Assembly: GCA_041651035.1 (NCBI GenBank)
Contig: JBAZKC010000001.1
Span: 131,244 to 195,243 of the forward strand
Direction: 5' to 3'
Origin: Candidatus Omnitrophota bacterium
GTDB taxonomy: Bacteria > Omnitrophota > Gorgyraeia > Gygaellales > Profunditerraquicolaceae
DNA length: 64,000 nt
Shown here: positions 48,350 through 58,155 of the stretch, one piece after another
Layout: every line of letters begins with the position of its first letter
Position numbering within the stretch: position 1 is the first letter of the stretch
Program-made: the position numbers and the translations under genes
The notes under the pieces: generated by a model
Told to the model about the DNA's origin: nothing
Database searches by the model: none
Seen by the model: the letters and a program-made list of their open reading frames with translations, nothing else

Positions 48350-49546
48350 TTACTTCCTAAATGAATCCTCTGCCGCGTCCTTAAGTGCCTTGCCTATAGC
48401 GAATGTCCCGTCAATTACAGCCCTGGAGATATCAGTCGCGCCTTTTACAGTGCTTTCAAGAATCTTAAGAGGCAATACTAAAACATCCTCTGTTTTAAGG
48501 CTGTTGGAGTCCCGTACTTTGGCAATTTTATCCGCAAAAGCCGTTTGTATATTGCTGATGCCGAGTTCAGGCCTGTCCATTCTTGTCTTTATAGCAAAAT
48601 CCAATACTACCTTTCCCTGATCCAAGGCCTTGAAAGTATCCAGGACCACACTGGTAACTTTCTCCTCTTTTCCCTCGGATACTTCTGCCGGACGAGGCTT
48701 GCGGACGATATCGGTCAATTCTAAATGGCATTCAGCAGTTACGCTGTTATTTAAACCCTGGATGTTGCTGGTAAAACTAAGGCTTGCTTTCTCGATGCGG
48801 GCTTTCTCTAGATCCACCCAACTTGAATAATAAGGAGAGAGATAAATCCCGTCTATATCTTCGATCTTGATCGCCGCCTGTATATCTTTCTTGTAGTAAT
48901 TAAGCCATCCCTCCACGCTTATTTTGCCTTCTTCTTCGCCTTCCTGCCAGGGGATCCTGCCTTTCAATTCAAAATTCGTGATCGCCGGAAAAGGGAACGT
49001 GTAGAGTTTGGTCAACTTGAAATTTATGTCTTTGATCGTTATCTTGATGCCATCCGCCTTCACCGTATAGTCAATAAAATCTATGTTGCCGTCTTTGACG
49101 GTAACATGCTTAAGGACCAGGCGTAAAGGGCGCTTCTTTTTAGGCTCAACCTTTGCCTTAATCTCAGGGACAGCGGCTGCCTTAACAGGCGCTTCCGCGG
49201 TGGATGATACTACTGCCTGAGGAGGAGGAACTCTATTATAAGTGATTTTGGGGTTTATAACGCTGATATCGTTAAAAGCGATATTGCCCATCAGAAAATA
49301 AGGTATGCTGGGCGTAATAGATATTTCGTCTACTTTTGCCAGTCCTTCGACGTTTAAATCTTTTATATCCAGAGTAAAAGGCAGCATGAGTTTAAACTGG
49401 CCCGCGCTTACTTTCTTATGGGTTAAACCCTCAAGCTGCTTGATGATAATAGATTTACCCTTAAATGCCACGAATACATAAGCCGAGATAAAAAGGACTA
49501 TATAAGCTATGGTTACTGTCAACAGTATTTTTATCCGTAGTTTCAT
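48350..49546 (-). CDS. Membrane-anchored hypothetical protein (DUF748/AsmA-like)
   Basis: 398 aa with a single N-terminal TM helix. Confidence 0.4.
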   Translation of the reverse strand: MKLRIKILLTVTIAYIVLFISAYVFVAFKGKSIIIKQLEGLTHKKVSAGQFKLMLPFTLDIKDLNVEGLAKVDEISITPSIPYFLMGNIAFNDISVINPKITYNRVPPPQAVVSSTAEAPVKAAAVPEIKAKVEPKKKRPLRLVLKHVTVKDGNIDFIDYTVKADGIKITIKDINFKLTKLYTFPFPAITNFELKGRIPWQEGEEEGKISVEGWLNYYKKDIQAAIKIEDIDGIYLSPYYSSWVDLEKARIEKASLSFTSNIQGLNNSVTAECHLELTDIVRKPRPAEVSEGKEEKVTSVVLDTFKALDQGKVVLDFAIKTRMDRPELGISNIQTAFADKIAKVRDSNSLKTEDVLVLPLKILESTVKGATDISRAVIDGTFAIGKALKDAAEDSFRK

Positions 49547-49598
49547 AGTTTAATTATGGTGCGCCTGGGCCGAATCGAACGGCCAACCGTCTGCTTAG

Positions 49599-50251
49599 CA
49601 TACCGCACCGAATTTCTTCGGCCAAAATGTTGCGGTCTGGACTATGTCTTCACCATTTCAGGTGTGTGGCGTATAGTCTCTGAGGACTCTCGTTATATAT
49701 CGCGATAATCATCTGCCCATTTAACATACTTAGTCTGATTATTGCCTGGCTTATTGAAACGTATAGCCTTAGGACAATCAGTAGAATTCGGGACGTACAA
49801 AACTGTTTCCTTATTCGGACAATAGATTGCATAATAATCAAAGTCTCGTTCTTTATAGGCATGTATATGTGTACCGTGTTTATCTGCCCAACTCGTCCTA
49901 AACTTAACTTCGATTATTCCATTACTAAGTAACGTGGTGTATTTCACTTGTAATTTAACCGCTTTGCCGTCCTTCAAAATAGCTACAATGTCATAAGGCT
50001 GGTGTTCCGACAGCGGGATGCATGGAACATATCCCCTCTGAACTAAGTCAGCGATAACCTTTGCTACCCCGATATCAGCCTTGACTTTCGTATGATGCAA
50101 CATTCACCTCCTTTCCATATTATTTTGGGCGTTAAGACTACCTGCGTTAAAACGGTTGCCTGCAAGTTATCCGTGCTTACGCATGAGGATTTTCTTGCAT
50201 ATAGCCACATCCTCTCTATGCGTTTTAGTTTCCGCATAGAGGCTCCTACTG
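49599..50251 (-). mobile_element. Group I intron inserted after tRNA position 34
   Basis: R-like element CAGAGACUAUA (49672-49682) and S-like element AAGACAUAGUCC (49639-49650) can form P7. Terminal G. Contains an ORF in the same orientation. Confidence 0.75.
49693..50103 (-). CDS. Intron-encoded PD-(D/E)xK-like nuclease (Hjc/I-Ssp6803I-like), putative homing endonuclease
   Basis: 136 aa with ...SEHQPYDIVAILKDGKAVKLQVKY... (E...D...(E/Q)xK pattern). GGAGG lies upstream of the ATG. Confidence 0.55.
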   Translation of the reverse strand: MLHHTKVKADIGVAKVIADLVQRGYVPCIPLSEHQPYDIVAILKDGKAVKLQVKYTTLLSNGIIEVKFRTSWADKHGTHIHAYKERDFDYYAIYCPNKETVLYVPNSTDCPKAIRFNKPGNNQTKYVKWADDYRDI

Positions 50252-50433
50252 AAGGCAGATGCTCTATCCATTTGAGCTACAGGCGCATGTAAATCCTGTA
50301 AAAACTACTTGCGTAAAAAGCCTTCTATCGCCGCAAAACAGATCCCGCAGCGCACTGTAGATTCTACCACAAATTATAAATAAAGAAAACTAGAAAGATT
50401 GGGCTTGCGGACGCGAATTGAAGAATATTTGGC

Positions 50434-50961
50434 TTAATACTCGACCCCTTTTCTTGCCCGTATACCTGAATCGTAAGGGTGCTTTATCTTCTTTATATGG
50501 CTTACCAGGCTTGCTTTCCCGATTATCTTTTTCACCGGTCCTCTTCCTGTTAATACTAATTCCAAATCCTTCGGCTTAGAACTTAAGATACTCAAAACCT
50601 CTTTTTCTACCAGGAATCCCTCGCGCAGCGAAACAAGTATTTCATCCAGTATGAGCAGATCGTATCTGTTTTTTTTATAGGCTTTTTTAATAAACTCCAG
50701 GCCTTTTAGGCATTCCACCCGCACCTGGCTCTTAGTTACATCTTTATAAAAATGCGGATGTTTTTCGGCAAAACCGAATATATCCACCCCCAGCTTCTTT
50801 AAAGACTTATGTTCTCCATATCCCCATTTTTCAGGGTCTTTATGAAAATAGATGTAGCAGACTTTTAAATCATGCGCCCTTGCCCTGCAGGCAAGGCCTA
50901 CTGCGGTGGTAGTTTTGCCTTTGCCGTCTCCGGTATAAATATGGATCAAGCCGTTTTTCAT
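50434..50961 (-). CDS. cobA: Cob(I)alamin/cob(I)yrinic acid a,c-diamide adenosyltransferase (CobA/CobO/BtuR)
   Basis: 175 aa with P-loop YTGDGKGKTTTAVG and LLILDE. Confidence 0.88.
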   Translation of the reverse strand: MKNGLIHIYTGDGKGKTTTAVGLACRARAHDLKVCYIYFHKDPEKWGYGEHKSLKKLGVDIFGFAEKHPHFYKDVTKSQVRVECLKGLEFIKKAYKKNRYDLLILDEILVSLREGFLVEKEVLSILSSKPKDLELVLTGRGPVKKIIGKASLVSHIKKIKHPYDSGIRARKGVEY

Positions 50962-51743
50962 TTTCTTCCCTCCTGCGGGACCAGGAATATATATGGCCTC
51001 CTGGATATCGGATTTTCCTTTACCAGAACAACCGTTTTATAAACATCCTCAATGACCTGATAAGTCAGGACATCTCCGGGAGCCCCGACCTTATGTATCC
51101 TGCCGTTATTAAGCAGGATCAATTTATCGCAATACTCGCCGGCTAAATTCAAATCGTGCAAAACCGTGATCACCGTAAGCCCGAATTCTTTATTTAATTT
51201 TTTTATAAGATCCAGTACCGCCACTTGATGAGTTATGTCCAGATGCGCGGTGGGCTCATCTAAAAGAAGCAGCCGGGGTTCCTGGCAGAGAGCGCGCGCG
51301 ATAAGGACTAATTGTTTTTCCCCGCCGCTTATTTCTTCTACGGGCCGCCCCCTTAACTTCAAGGTACCGGTTAAGGCCATCGCTCTTTCGGCAATCTCTA
51401 AGTCCTGCTTGCTCTCTAAAAATTGTAATCTTTGAAAATGGGGTATTCTTCCCAAAAGGACGAATTCTTCTGTTGTCAGAGAGTTTACAGGGGGATTTTG
51501 AGATACTACAGCCATTTTACGGGCCAGTTCTTTTTGGTTGATCCGCGGTATATCTTTCCCCTCAAAAAGGATTACGCCTTTCTTTAGTTTAAGCACACCG
51601 CTTATCGCCCGAAGCAGGGTTGTCTTACCTGAACCATTGGGACCTACTATTCCTATAAACTCTCCAGCTGCTACTTTGAAATTAATATCCTGAAGAAGGA
51701 ATCTTGAATCATAGCCACAAGTTAGGTCTCTTATCTGTAACAT
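50958..51743 (-). CDS. btuD: ABC transporter ATP-binding protein, FecE/BtuD type. The start codon I chose lies inside the longer ORF on the supplied track.
   Basis: Walker A GPNGSGKTT, signature SGGEKQ, Walker B LLLLDEPT. Start chosen at MLQIRDL. Confidence 0.8.
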   Translation of the reverse strand: MLQIRDLTCGYDSRFLLQDINFKVAAGEFIGIVGPNGSGKTTLLRAISGVLKLKKGVILFEGKDIPRINQKELARKMAVVSQNPPVNSLTTEEFVLLGRIPHFQRLQFLESKQDLEIAERAMALTGTLKLRGRPVEEISGGEKQLVLIARALCQEPRLLLLDEPTAHLDITHQVAVLDLIKKLNKEFGLTVITVLHDLNLAGEYCDKLILLNNGRIHKVGAPGDVLTYQVIEDVYKTVVLVKENPISRRPYIFLVPQEGRK

Positions 51744-51757
51744 TGAATTTTCCACGG

Positions 51758-52762
51758 TTAACTTACTGTTTTCTTGGCGAGGACATAAACAAAAACACTG
51801 CCTCCCAGTATTCCGGTGATCACTCCCACAGGCAATTCTAAAGGCGCGATAATTGTCCTGGCTAAAGTATCGCATAATATCAGGAAACAGGCGCCGGCAA
51901 GAAAAGAACTGCCTAAGAGAATGCGGTTGTCGCTTCCTACAAATGACCTCACGAAATGGGGAACGATCAAACCTACAAAGCCGATGACACCGCAGACAGA
52001 AACACTTAAACCTGTGAGTACCGACGCTAATATAAAAAGCAGCCGCTTGGCCTTTTCTGTGTTTACGCCCAGATGCCGTGCCTCCTCTTCGCCCAGAGAA
52101 AGGGCATTAAGGCTTAAGCTGAAAAAATAGGAAACAATCAGCCCTAGGACAGAAACAATTACGGCTACCTTTATAAGCAGCCAGTTAGGCTCTTCCAGGG
52201 AACCCATGATCCAGAATATAATACCTTGCAGGTCTTCGGTGCGCGAAACAGCCATAAGCAGCATAATTATAGACGAAGAGATAAAACTCAGCATCACGCC
52301 GGTTAAAAGGAGCCCCTGCATTTTTAGTATGCCTTTTCTTATATTCAAGAAATAGATCAACGAGATAACCACTATCGCCCCCAGAAAACCAAAAAGAGGC
52401 AGGGTTAAAACACCCCAGAACCTGTGTAATCTTAAAACAATATTTAAGCACACGCCTAAGGCTGCTCCGCCGGAAATACCCAGCGTGTATGGTTCAACCA
52501 GGGGGTTGCGGAACATCCCCTGAAGAATGACCCCGGCAAGGCTTAACGCCCCACCTATCGCAAATCCTAGAATAATCCGCGGCAGGCGGATATCCAATAG
52601 GATGCTGTATTCAGCAGAACTCTTGCCTTCAAGGATCAAAGAGATTATTTTCTTAATAGGCATGCCTACTGAACCAGCGCATAAAGAGAAAACGCTGATC
52701 ACTAAAAGGGCCGCTCCCAAACCTAACATCCAGACGATCCAGTAAAGTATTTTTTTATTCAT
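51758..52762 (-). CDS. btuC: FecCD-family ABC permease (BtuC-like)
   Basis: 334 aa with about 9 TM helices and FecCD conserved region. Confidence 0.8.
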   Translation of the reverse strand: MNKKILYWIVWMLGLGAALLVISVFSLCAGSVGMPIKKIISLILEGKSSAEYSILLDIRLPRIILGFAIGGALSLAGVILQGMFRNPLVEPYTLGISGGAALGVCLNIVLRLHRFWGVLTLPLFGFLGAIVVISLIYFLNIRKGILKMQGLLLTGVMLSFISSSIIMLLMAVSRTEDLQGIIFWIMGSLEEPNWLLIKVAVIVSVLGLIVSYFFSLSLNALSLGEEEARHLGVNTEKAKRLLFILASVLTGLSVSVCGVIGFVGLIVPHFVRSFVGSDNRILLGSSFLAGACFLILCDTLARTIIAPLELPVGVITGILGGSVFVYVLAKKTVS

Positions 52763-53586
52763 TTTTCAGGGTGTAATATTGTAACTAATTCTTTTAGAGT
52801 CCTCGTAAAGTTTACCGGGGTAGGAATGCAGAGCATATAAGAATCAATAATGTGGATCCGGCCGTTTCTTACCGCGCTTATAGTCTTATATCTCTGCCAG
52901 GCAGCCTTTTCATCCTGGCCGGTTATGCCCATGGTCGCGATAATAATTACGTCCGGATCCTGTCTTACCACTTCCTCGCGGCTATAGAGCTCTATTTTCG
53001 CGTCCTGGGAAATATTTATCCCTCCGGCGAATTGAATAAAATCATTGACGAAAGAACTATTTGTTACGGTGTATAAAGGCTTTGCTCCTATTTGCACGAA
53101 AACCTTGGGCCTCGGCAGGCCCTTAACACTTTTCTTAATAAGCTCCACATCGTCTGCGGCCTGACGGACTATCTCTTCTGCTTGCTTCTCTTTCCCGATG
53201 ATCCTGCCTAATTCCAGAAATTGCCCGCAGATCTGGGAAAAACTGCTGACAGAAGTAAAATCAACTACCCTTATCCCTAAATTCCTTAATTTCTCTTTTG
53301 TCTTCGGGTTCGTTAAAGATGCTGTTAACACCAGATCGGGCTTAAGGCTGACGATTTTTTCTAAATTTGCGTCGGTTACCGTCCCTACTTTTTCCTTATT
53401 CCGCGCTTCCGGAGGCCTCTGGCAGTATACTGTGCAGCCTATTAATCTATCCTGCGCGCCCAGGAGATAAATCTCTTCCGTAAGATAGGGGCTTAAAGAA
53501 ATTATCCTCTGGGGATAGTCTTGTGAATAAAGAGGCCCTTGGCACCAGAATACCAAAACACAGGCAATAAACAACAGTTTCTTCAT
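52759..53586 (-). CDS. btuF: Periplasmic substrate-binding protein, cluster A-2 (BtuF-like corrinoid-binding)
   Basis: 275 aa with signal peptide and RIISLSPYLTE, LKPDLV motifs. Confidence 0.75.
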   Translation of the reverse strand: MKKLLFIACVLVFWCQGPLYSQDYPQRIISLSPYLTEEIYLLGAQDRLIGCTVYCQRPPEARNKEKVGTVTDANLEKIVSLKPDLVLTASLTNPKTKEKLRNLGIRVVDFTSVSSFSQICGQFLELGRIIGKEKQAEEIVRQAADDVELIKKSVKGLPRPKVFVQIGAKPLYTVTNSSFVNDFIQFAGGINISQDAKIELYSREEVVRQDPDVIIIATMGITGQDEKAAWQRYKTISAVRNGRIHIIDSYMLCIPTPVNFTRTLKELVTILHPEK

Positions 53587-54234
53587 TTAATCAGGAATAA
53601 TCTCCAGAAACCAATGGTTATCTTTTAGTATCTTTCCACCGGTCCTAAACTTTACCGGTTCTTTAAAAATAGGGCCGCTATAAACAAAGGTGTGGAATTC
53701 CCCCTTTTCTCCGCAAGGATCGATCTCCGGGCCGATCTCTTCAATAAATCTTTTATCTATTTTACAGCCCAGCCATTCCTCGCCTAAAAACTCGGCCCTG
53801 GTTGAGACCACTATGGTTTTGAAACCTGAATCAATGATCTCCGCGGCCAACTCTCTGGTATCCCTGCCCCATAAAGGCATGATCGCTTCTACGTTTAATT
53901 CCCGGCAAACTCCATCAATCCAGTCTTTATGTTCCTGTAGATATATATCACCGAAGACAATACCCTGGATACCTTTTTTATCCTTCCACTCACTGATCAG
54001 CCTTTTGAATTCATCACGGTAACCTTCTTTGGGCATTGCCTTTTGCACTACGGGAATACCGGTAAGCTTTGCCTGTTTTAGAATAGCATCACTGGAAAGG
54101 CCGTGGGATAATGATTCTCTGCCGTTTGTTTGCGTAAAATTAATCAGCGCTAAAACATCGTGGCCCGAACCAATAGCTTTATAACAGGCAAAACAACTAT
54201 CTTTACCAGCACTCCATAGGCTTATAACTTTCAT
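53587..54234 (-). CDS. MJ0570/Dph6-family PP-loop ATP pyrophosphatase (diphthine-ammonia-ligase-like), embedded in the cob operon
   Basis: 215 aa with PP-loop LWSAGKDS and the family C-terminal motif CGEKGEFHTFV. No intergenic gap to btuF, and a 4-nt overlap with cobQ. Confidence 0.7.
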   Translation of the reverse strand: MKVISLWSAGKDSCFACYKAIGSGHDVLALINFTQTNGRESLSHGLSSDAILKQAKLTGIPVVQKAMPKEGYRDEFKRLISEWKDKKGIQGIVFGDIYLQEHKDWIDGVCRELNVEAIMPLWGRDTRELAAEIIDSGFKTIVVSTRAEFLGEEWLGCKIDKRFIEEIGPEIDPCGEKGEFHTFVYSGPIFKEPVKFRTGGKILKDNHWFLEIIPD

Positions 54235-55781
54235 ACAACGCCTCTTTTAGCTAAAGGTTGGCGGCTTACGATCTTATACAATAAGCCCATATCAATATTA
54301 TCTCTTACCAGCCGGGCGAGCTTATCAAATTCTTTATCTACATCAAATTTAGCCGTCTTGATCCGGCGGGGCCAGCCTTTTTCTAATCTCAACCTGCTTA
54401 AGAAATCGCCTCTAAAACCATCCTCGTCAAACACGCCATGGATATACGTACCCCAGATCCTGCCGCTTTCAACAGACGCCCCGTCAAAATTATTTATTTT
54501 CTTGCCTTGCCGTTTGATAATCTGGAAAACAGGCCGGCATCCTTTTAATATTTGTGTCCTGCCGTGATGGATCTCATAACCACTGACTTCTAATCCGGAA
54601 TTAATATCCCTCGCCCTTACTTGAGACAGTATCTTCTCTTCTTTAAAATTGGTAACTATAGGCAAGAGCCCTAACCCGGCGATCTCTTTTTTTCTGGATT
54701 CTGTTTTATGCTGGTCGCGGATCCTCTGCCCCAAGATCTGATATCCGCCACAGATCCCGATAAGATGGGTTGACGGATGGTTTTTAATAACCGACACTAT
54801 TTTTTCTGCTAAACCGGTTTTCTTTAAGTAATTCAAATCTTCAATGGTATTCTTTGTCCCGGGAATAATTATCAAATCGGGATTGCCCAGTTCGTGTTTG
54901 GCAATACAATAGCGCAGCCGGACATCCGGCTCATTTTCTAACGCGTCAAAGTCGGTAAAATTAGACATGTGCGGCAGGCTGATCACGGCAATATCTATCA
55001 GGCCGGCCACGGGTTTTCTTGCCTCTGGCCTGCGCTCATCAAGAGGTACAGAATCTTCTTCCGGGATCCTTATTCCTTTTGGTCCGGAGGGATGAAAGTA
55101 CGGTATTACGCCTAAAATTCTTATGCCTGTTTTTTTCTCTAAAAAACTCAATGCGCCTTTCAATAATCTCTTATCCCCTCTGAATTTATTAATAATAATA
55201 CCCTTGATCATTTTTCTTTCTTCTTTTGTCAACAACTCAAGTGTGCCCACGATCCAGGCAAGGACCCCGCCTTTATCAATATCTCCGACTAAGATCACCG
55301 GTGCTCCGGCAGCTTTAGCCATGCGCATATTTACTATATCATGCGCTTTAAGGTTTACCTCCGCCGGAGAACCCGCCCCCTCGATAACAACCAGATCATA
55401 TTTATCTGCCAGGCGTTGATAAGACCCCAAGACTATTTTCTTTGCTTTTTTCTTATAACGCACGTATTCAATTGCCGACATATTCTTTAGCGGCCTGCCT
55501 CTTAAAATTATCTGCGCTTTTGTATCATGAGTGGGCTTGATCAATATAGGATTCATATCTACGGTTGGCTCTATGCGGCAGGCCTGGGCCTGGACTGCCT
55601 GCGCCCTACCTATTTCACCGCCGCCTTTGGTGACAAACGAATTCAAGGCCATGTTCTGGGCTTTAAAAGGGCAGACCTTGTAACCATCCTCCAGAAAAAT
55701 CCTGCATAAAGCGCTGACTATTACGCTCTTGCCTACGCCTGAGCCTGTACCGCAGATCTGCAACGCTTTTTTATCTACCAT
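54231..55781 (-). CDS. cobQ: Cobyric acid synthase
   Basis: 516 aa. N-terminal CobQ/CobB ATPase domain (GTGSGVGKS) and C-terminal GATase-1 (GICGGYQILG). Confidence 0.9.
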   Translation of the reverse strand: MVDKKALQICGTGSGVGKSVIVSALCRIFLEDGYKVCPFKAQNMALNSFVTKGGGEIGRAQAVQAQACRIEPTVDMNPILIKPTHDTKAQIILRGRPLKNMSAIEYVRYKKKAKKIVLGSYQRLADKYDLVVIEGAGSPAEVNLKAHDIVNMRMAKAAGAPVILVGDIDKGGVLAWIVGTLELLTKEERKMIKGIIINKFRGDKRLLKGALSFLEKKTGIRILGVIPYFHPSGPKGIRIPEEDSVPLDERRPEARKPVAGLIDIAVISLPHMSNFTDFDALENEPDVRLRYCIAKHELGNPDLIIIPGTKNTIEDLNYLKKTGLAEKIVSVIKNHPSTHLIGICGGYQILGQRIRDQHKTESRKKEIAGLGLLPIVTNFKEEKILSQVRARDINSGLEVSGYEIHHGRTQILKGCRPVFQIIKRQGKKINNFDGASVESGRIWGTYIHGVFDEDGFRGDFLSRLRLEKGWPRRIKTAKFDVDKEFDKLARLVRDNIDMGLLYKIVSRQPLAKRGVV

Positions 55782-56521
55782 ATATTTATTCCCGCGATGA
55801 TCAAACCGAAAAAGAGCACAAATACCTCGGCGAGCTCGCTGACAGCTCCGATCGTATCCCCGGTCATCCCGTCTATCTTTTTATTTATGAAATTTATGGA
55901 TAAATAAACCGGCAGCGCAGCGGCAAGGCATAAAATAAGCCCTTCTACGCGCATGAGTAAGAAAAACGCTGCCAGCGTAAATAGTGTGGCTATAAATATT
56001 TCTCTTTTCCCGGAAAATTCCACAAAATATTTTGCCTTCCCTTCCTGCCTGGCATAGTCAGATGTAAAACAGGCTAAAACTTGAACCCATCTGGAAAATA
56101 TAGGCGCTAAGATCAGGAATTTCCAGAGATCTTCTCTCGGCAGGCTGAATAAAAACGCGAATTTTAATATTAATAGGGTAACGATCCCGATCACACCCAT
56201 GGCGCCGGCGTGGCTATCACGCATAATTTCTAAAGCCCTGTCTTTGGTTTTAGAACCGCATAGGCCGTCGCAGGTGTCGGCAAAACCATCCAGGTGTATC
56301 GCGCCGGTAGAAATAACTGATACTGTTAAAACAATAGCAACAGCTGCCATATGCGGCAGGAAAGAAAAAAGAAACAGGGCCGAGCAGGAAAAAAGTCCCA
56401 GCAACATACCGACAACGGGAAAAAACGCAAGCGATCTCCCAAAATCTTCAGGTTTTATATTCGCTTTTATTTTAACAGGCAGGATAGTTAAGAATTGCAG
56501 GGCAATGAAAAATAATTTCAC
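55775..56521 (-). CDS. cobS: Adenosylcobinamide-GDP ribazoletransferase (cobalamin synthase)
   Basis: 248 aa polytopic membrane protein with FLTILPV N-terminus. Confidence 0.88.
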   Translation of the reverse strand: MKLFFIALQFLTILPVKIKANIKPEDFGRSLAFFPVVGMLLGLFSCSALFLFSFLPHMAAVAIVLTVSVISTGAIHLDGFADTCDGLCGSKTKDRALEIMRDSHAGAMGVIGIVTLLILKFAFLFSLPREDLWKFLILAPIFSRWVQVLACFTSDYARQEGKAKYFVEFSGKREIFIATLFTLAAFFLLMRVEGLILCLAAALPVYLSINFINKKIDGMTGDTIGAVSELAEVFVLFFGLIIAGINIW

Positions 56522-56538
56522 TTTACGGTATTCCTTTC

Positions 56539-57639
56539 TTATTCTTCTTTTGTTGAGACACCCGCGTCTTTAAAAGTAGCCATTTGGGTCAATATTTTTA
56601 CCGCGGCCTCTATTATAGATATCCCCAAGGCAGCGCCGGTGCCCTCTCCTAAACGCATACCTAGATCCAGAAACGGATTAAGGCCGATATGTTCAAAAAT
56701 AACCTTATGGCCTTTTTCTACCGAACAATGCGCCGCTATCATATATTCTTTTACCTTTGGCTCTATTTGATAAGCCAGCAGCGCGGCTGAACCGGAGATA
56801 AATCCGTCAATTACTACCGGGACTCTCCTGGAGGCGGCGGCAATAATTGTACCGGCTAAACCTCCGATCTCAAATCCTCCTACCTTAGAAAGCACATCCA
56901 GCGCGTCTTTAGGGTCAGGCTTATTTATACGAAGCGACTCTTTAATAATTTCTATCTTGTTAAGAAGCGCGCTGTCGTCTAAACCCGTGCCTCTTCCGGT
57001 TACATTTTTAACCGGCATTCCGGTTATAGCCGCGGTAACAGCACTTGCGGCTGTAGTATTACCGATACCCATATCCCCGGTGCCGATAATATCTATGCCG
57101 TTCTTGTATTCAACCTCAAATACTTCTATCCCTGTTTCAATAGACTTGACCGCTTCTTCCCTGCTCATCGCCGGGCCTTTGGACATATTCCTGGTCCCTA
57201 AGGCGATTTTCTTATCTATAAAAACCATAGCCTCTGATTGCTTACTTTTTAATCCGCGGGCAGGCTTTCTTTTAGAGGGAATTTTTGTCGCCACTCCCAT
57301 ATCCACAACCACTACCTTTATACCCGCATGCCTGGCCAGGACATTTATTCCCGCTCCACCCGTCAGAAAGTTATGCACCATTTGAGCGGTGACCTCTTTA
57401 GGAAAAAGGCTAACCTTCTCCGCCGTAACACCGTGATCCGCGGCAAGAGTAAAAATAACCTTATTGTCTAGCCGGGGCATTTCTTTGCCGGTTATACCCG
57501 CGACGATCCTGGCTAATTCCTCTAATCTCCCCAGGCTGCCTTGCGGCTTAGTAAGATTATCCAGCCTGCCTTGAGTTATTTTCATAAGCTCACGGTCAAT
57601 CAATTTTATCCTGGCAGCTGTTTCTTTTATTTTAGTCAT
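56539..57639 (-). CDS. cobT: Nicotinate-nucleotide--dimethylbenzimidazole phosphoribosyltransferase
   Basis: 366 aa with GDMGIGNTTAASAV motif. Confidence 0.9.
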   Translation of the reverse strand: MTKIKETAARIKLIDRELMKITQGRLDNLTKPQGSLGRLEELARIVAGITGKEMPRLDNKVIFTLAADHGVTAEKVSLFPKEVTAQMVHNFLTGGAGINVLARHAGIKVVVVDMGVATKIPSKRKPARGLKSKQSEAMVFIDKKIALGTRNMSKGPAMSREEAVKSIETGIEVFEVEYKNGIDIIGTGDMGIGNTTAASAVTAAITGMPVKNVTGRGTGLDDSALLNKIEIIKESLRINKPDPKDALDVLSKVGGFEIGGLAGTIIAAASRRVPVVIDGFISGSAALLAYQIEPKVKEYMIAAHCSVEKGHKVIFEHIGLNPFLDLGMRLGEGTGAALGISIIEAAVKILTQMATFKDAGVSTKEE

Positions 57640-58154
57640 TTTATCCTCAACGGTATGCCCGATATCATAAGAAAAGCCTTATCAGATATGCCTGCGGCGT
57701 TTTGATTTACCCTGCCTGCTAAATCCCTGAACCTCCTGGCTAAAGGATTCTCCGGGACTATGCCCCAGCCGACTTCATTAGTTACCAATATAGTATCAAA
57801 ATCCCGCTTCTTAAATATCTTTAGCGCGGAATTAACTTCTTTCTCTATATATTTATCACTATGGCCTTTTAATAAAAGATTGGATATGAACAGTGTCAGG
57901 CAATCAATGATCACCAGATCAAAGGCGCCGGATAAATCCTTAGCAAGCAAAGACAGGTTTTCCGGCTCTTCAATTGTTTTCCAACGCGCGGGCCTGCTTT
58001 TCTTATGCAGCTTTATCCGCAGGCGCATTTCTTTGTCTAAAGCGGCAGCAGTAGCTATAAAAAGGACCTTTTTAGTTTTCTCTTTAGCTAATTTTACGGC
58101 GTAGGAACTTTTGCCGCTCCTTGAACCGCCTGAAATAAAAGTAATTTCGCCCAT
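57636..58154 (-). CDS. cobU: Adenosylcobinamide kinase/adenosylcobinamide-phosphate guanylyltransferase. The start codon I chose lies inside the longer ORF on the supplied track.
   Basis: P-loop FISGGSRSGKSS. Start taken at MGEITF. Confidence 0.88.
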   Translation of the reverse strand: MGEITFISGGSRSGKSSYAVKLAKEKTKKVLFIATAAALDKEMRLRIKLHKKSRPARWKTIEEPENLSLLAKDLSGAFDLVIIDCLTLFISNLLLKGHSDKYIEKEVNSALKIFKKRDFDTILVTNEVGWGIVPENPLARRFRDLAGRVNQNAAGISDKAFLMISGIPLRIK

Positions 58155-58155
58155 T

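Larger units (their letters stand above)
49557..50286 (-). tRNA. tRNA-Arg (anticodon UCU inferred) interrupted in the anticodon loop by a 653-nt group I intron
   Basis: The 5' exon 50286-50252 is GCGCCUG-UA-GCUC-AAAUGGAUA-GAGC-A-UCUGC-CUU. The 3' exon 49598-49557 is CUAA-GCAGA-CGGUU-GGCCG-UUCGAUU-CGGCC-CAGGCGC-A-CCA. Acceptor, D, anticodon and T stems are all perfect, with T-loop UUCGAUU. The 5' exon ends in U and the intron ends in G. Confidence 0.85.
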
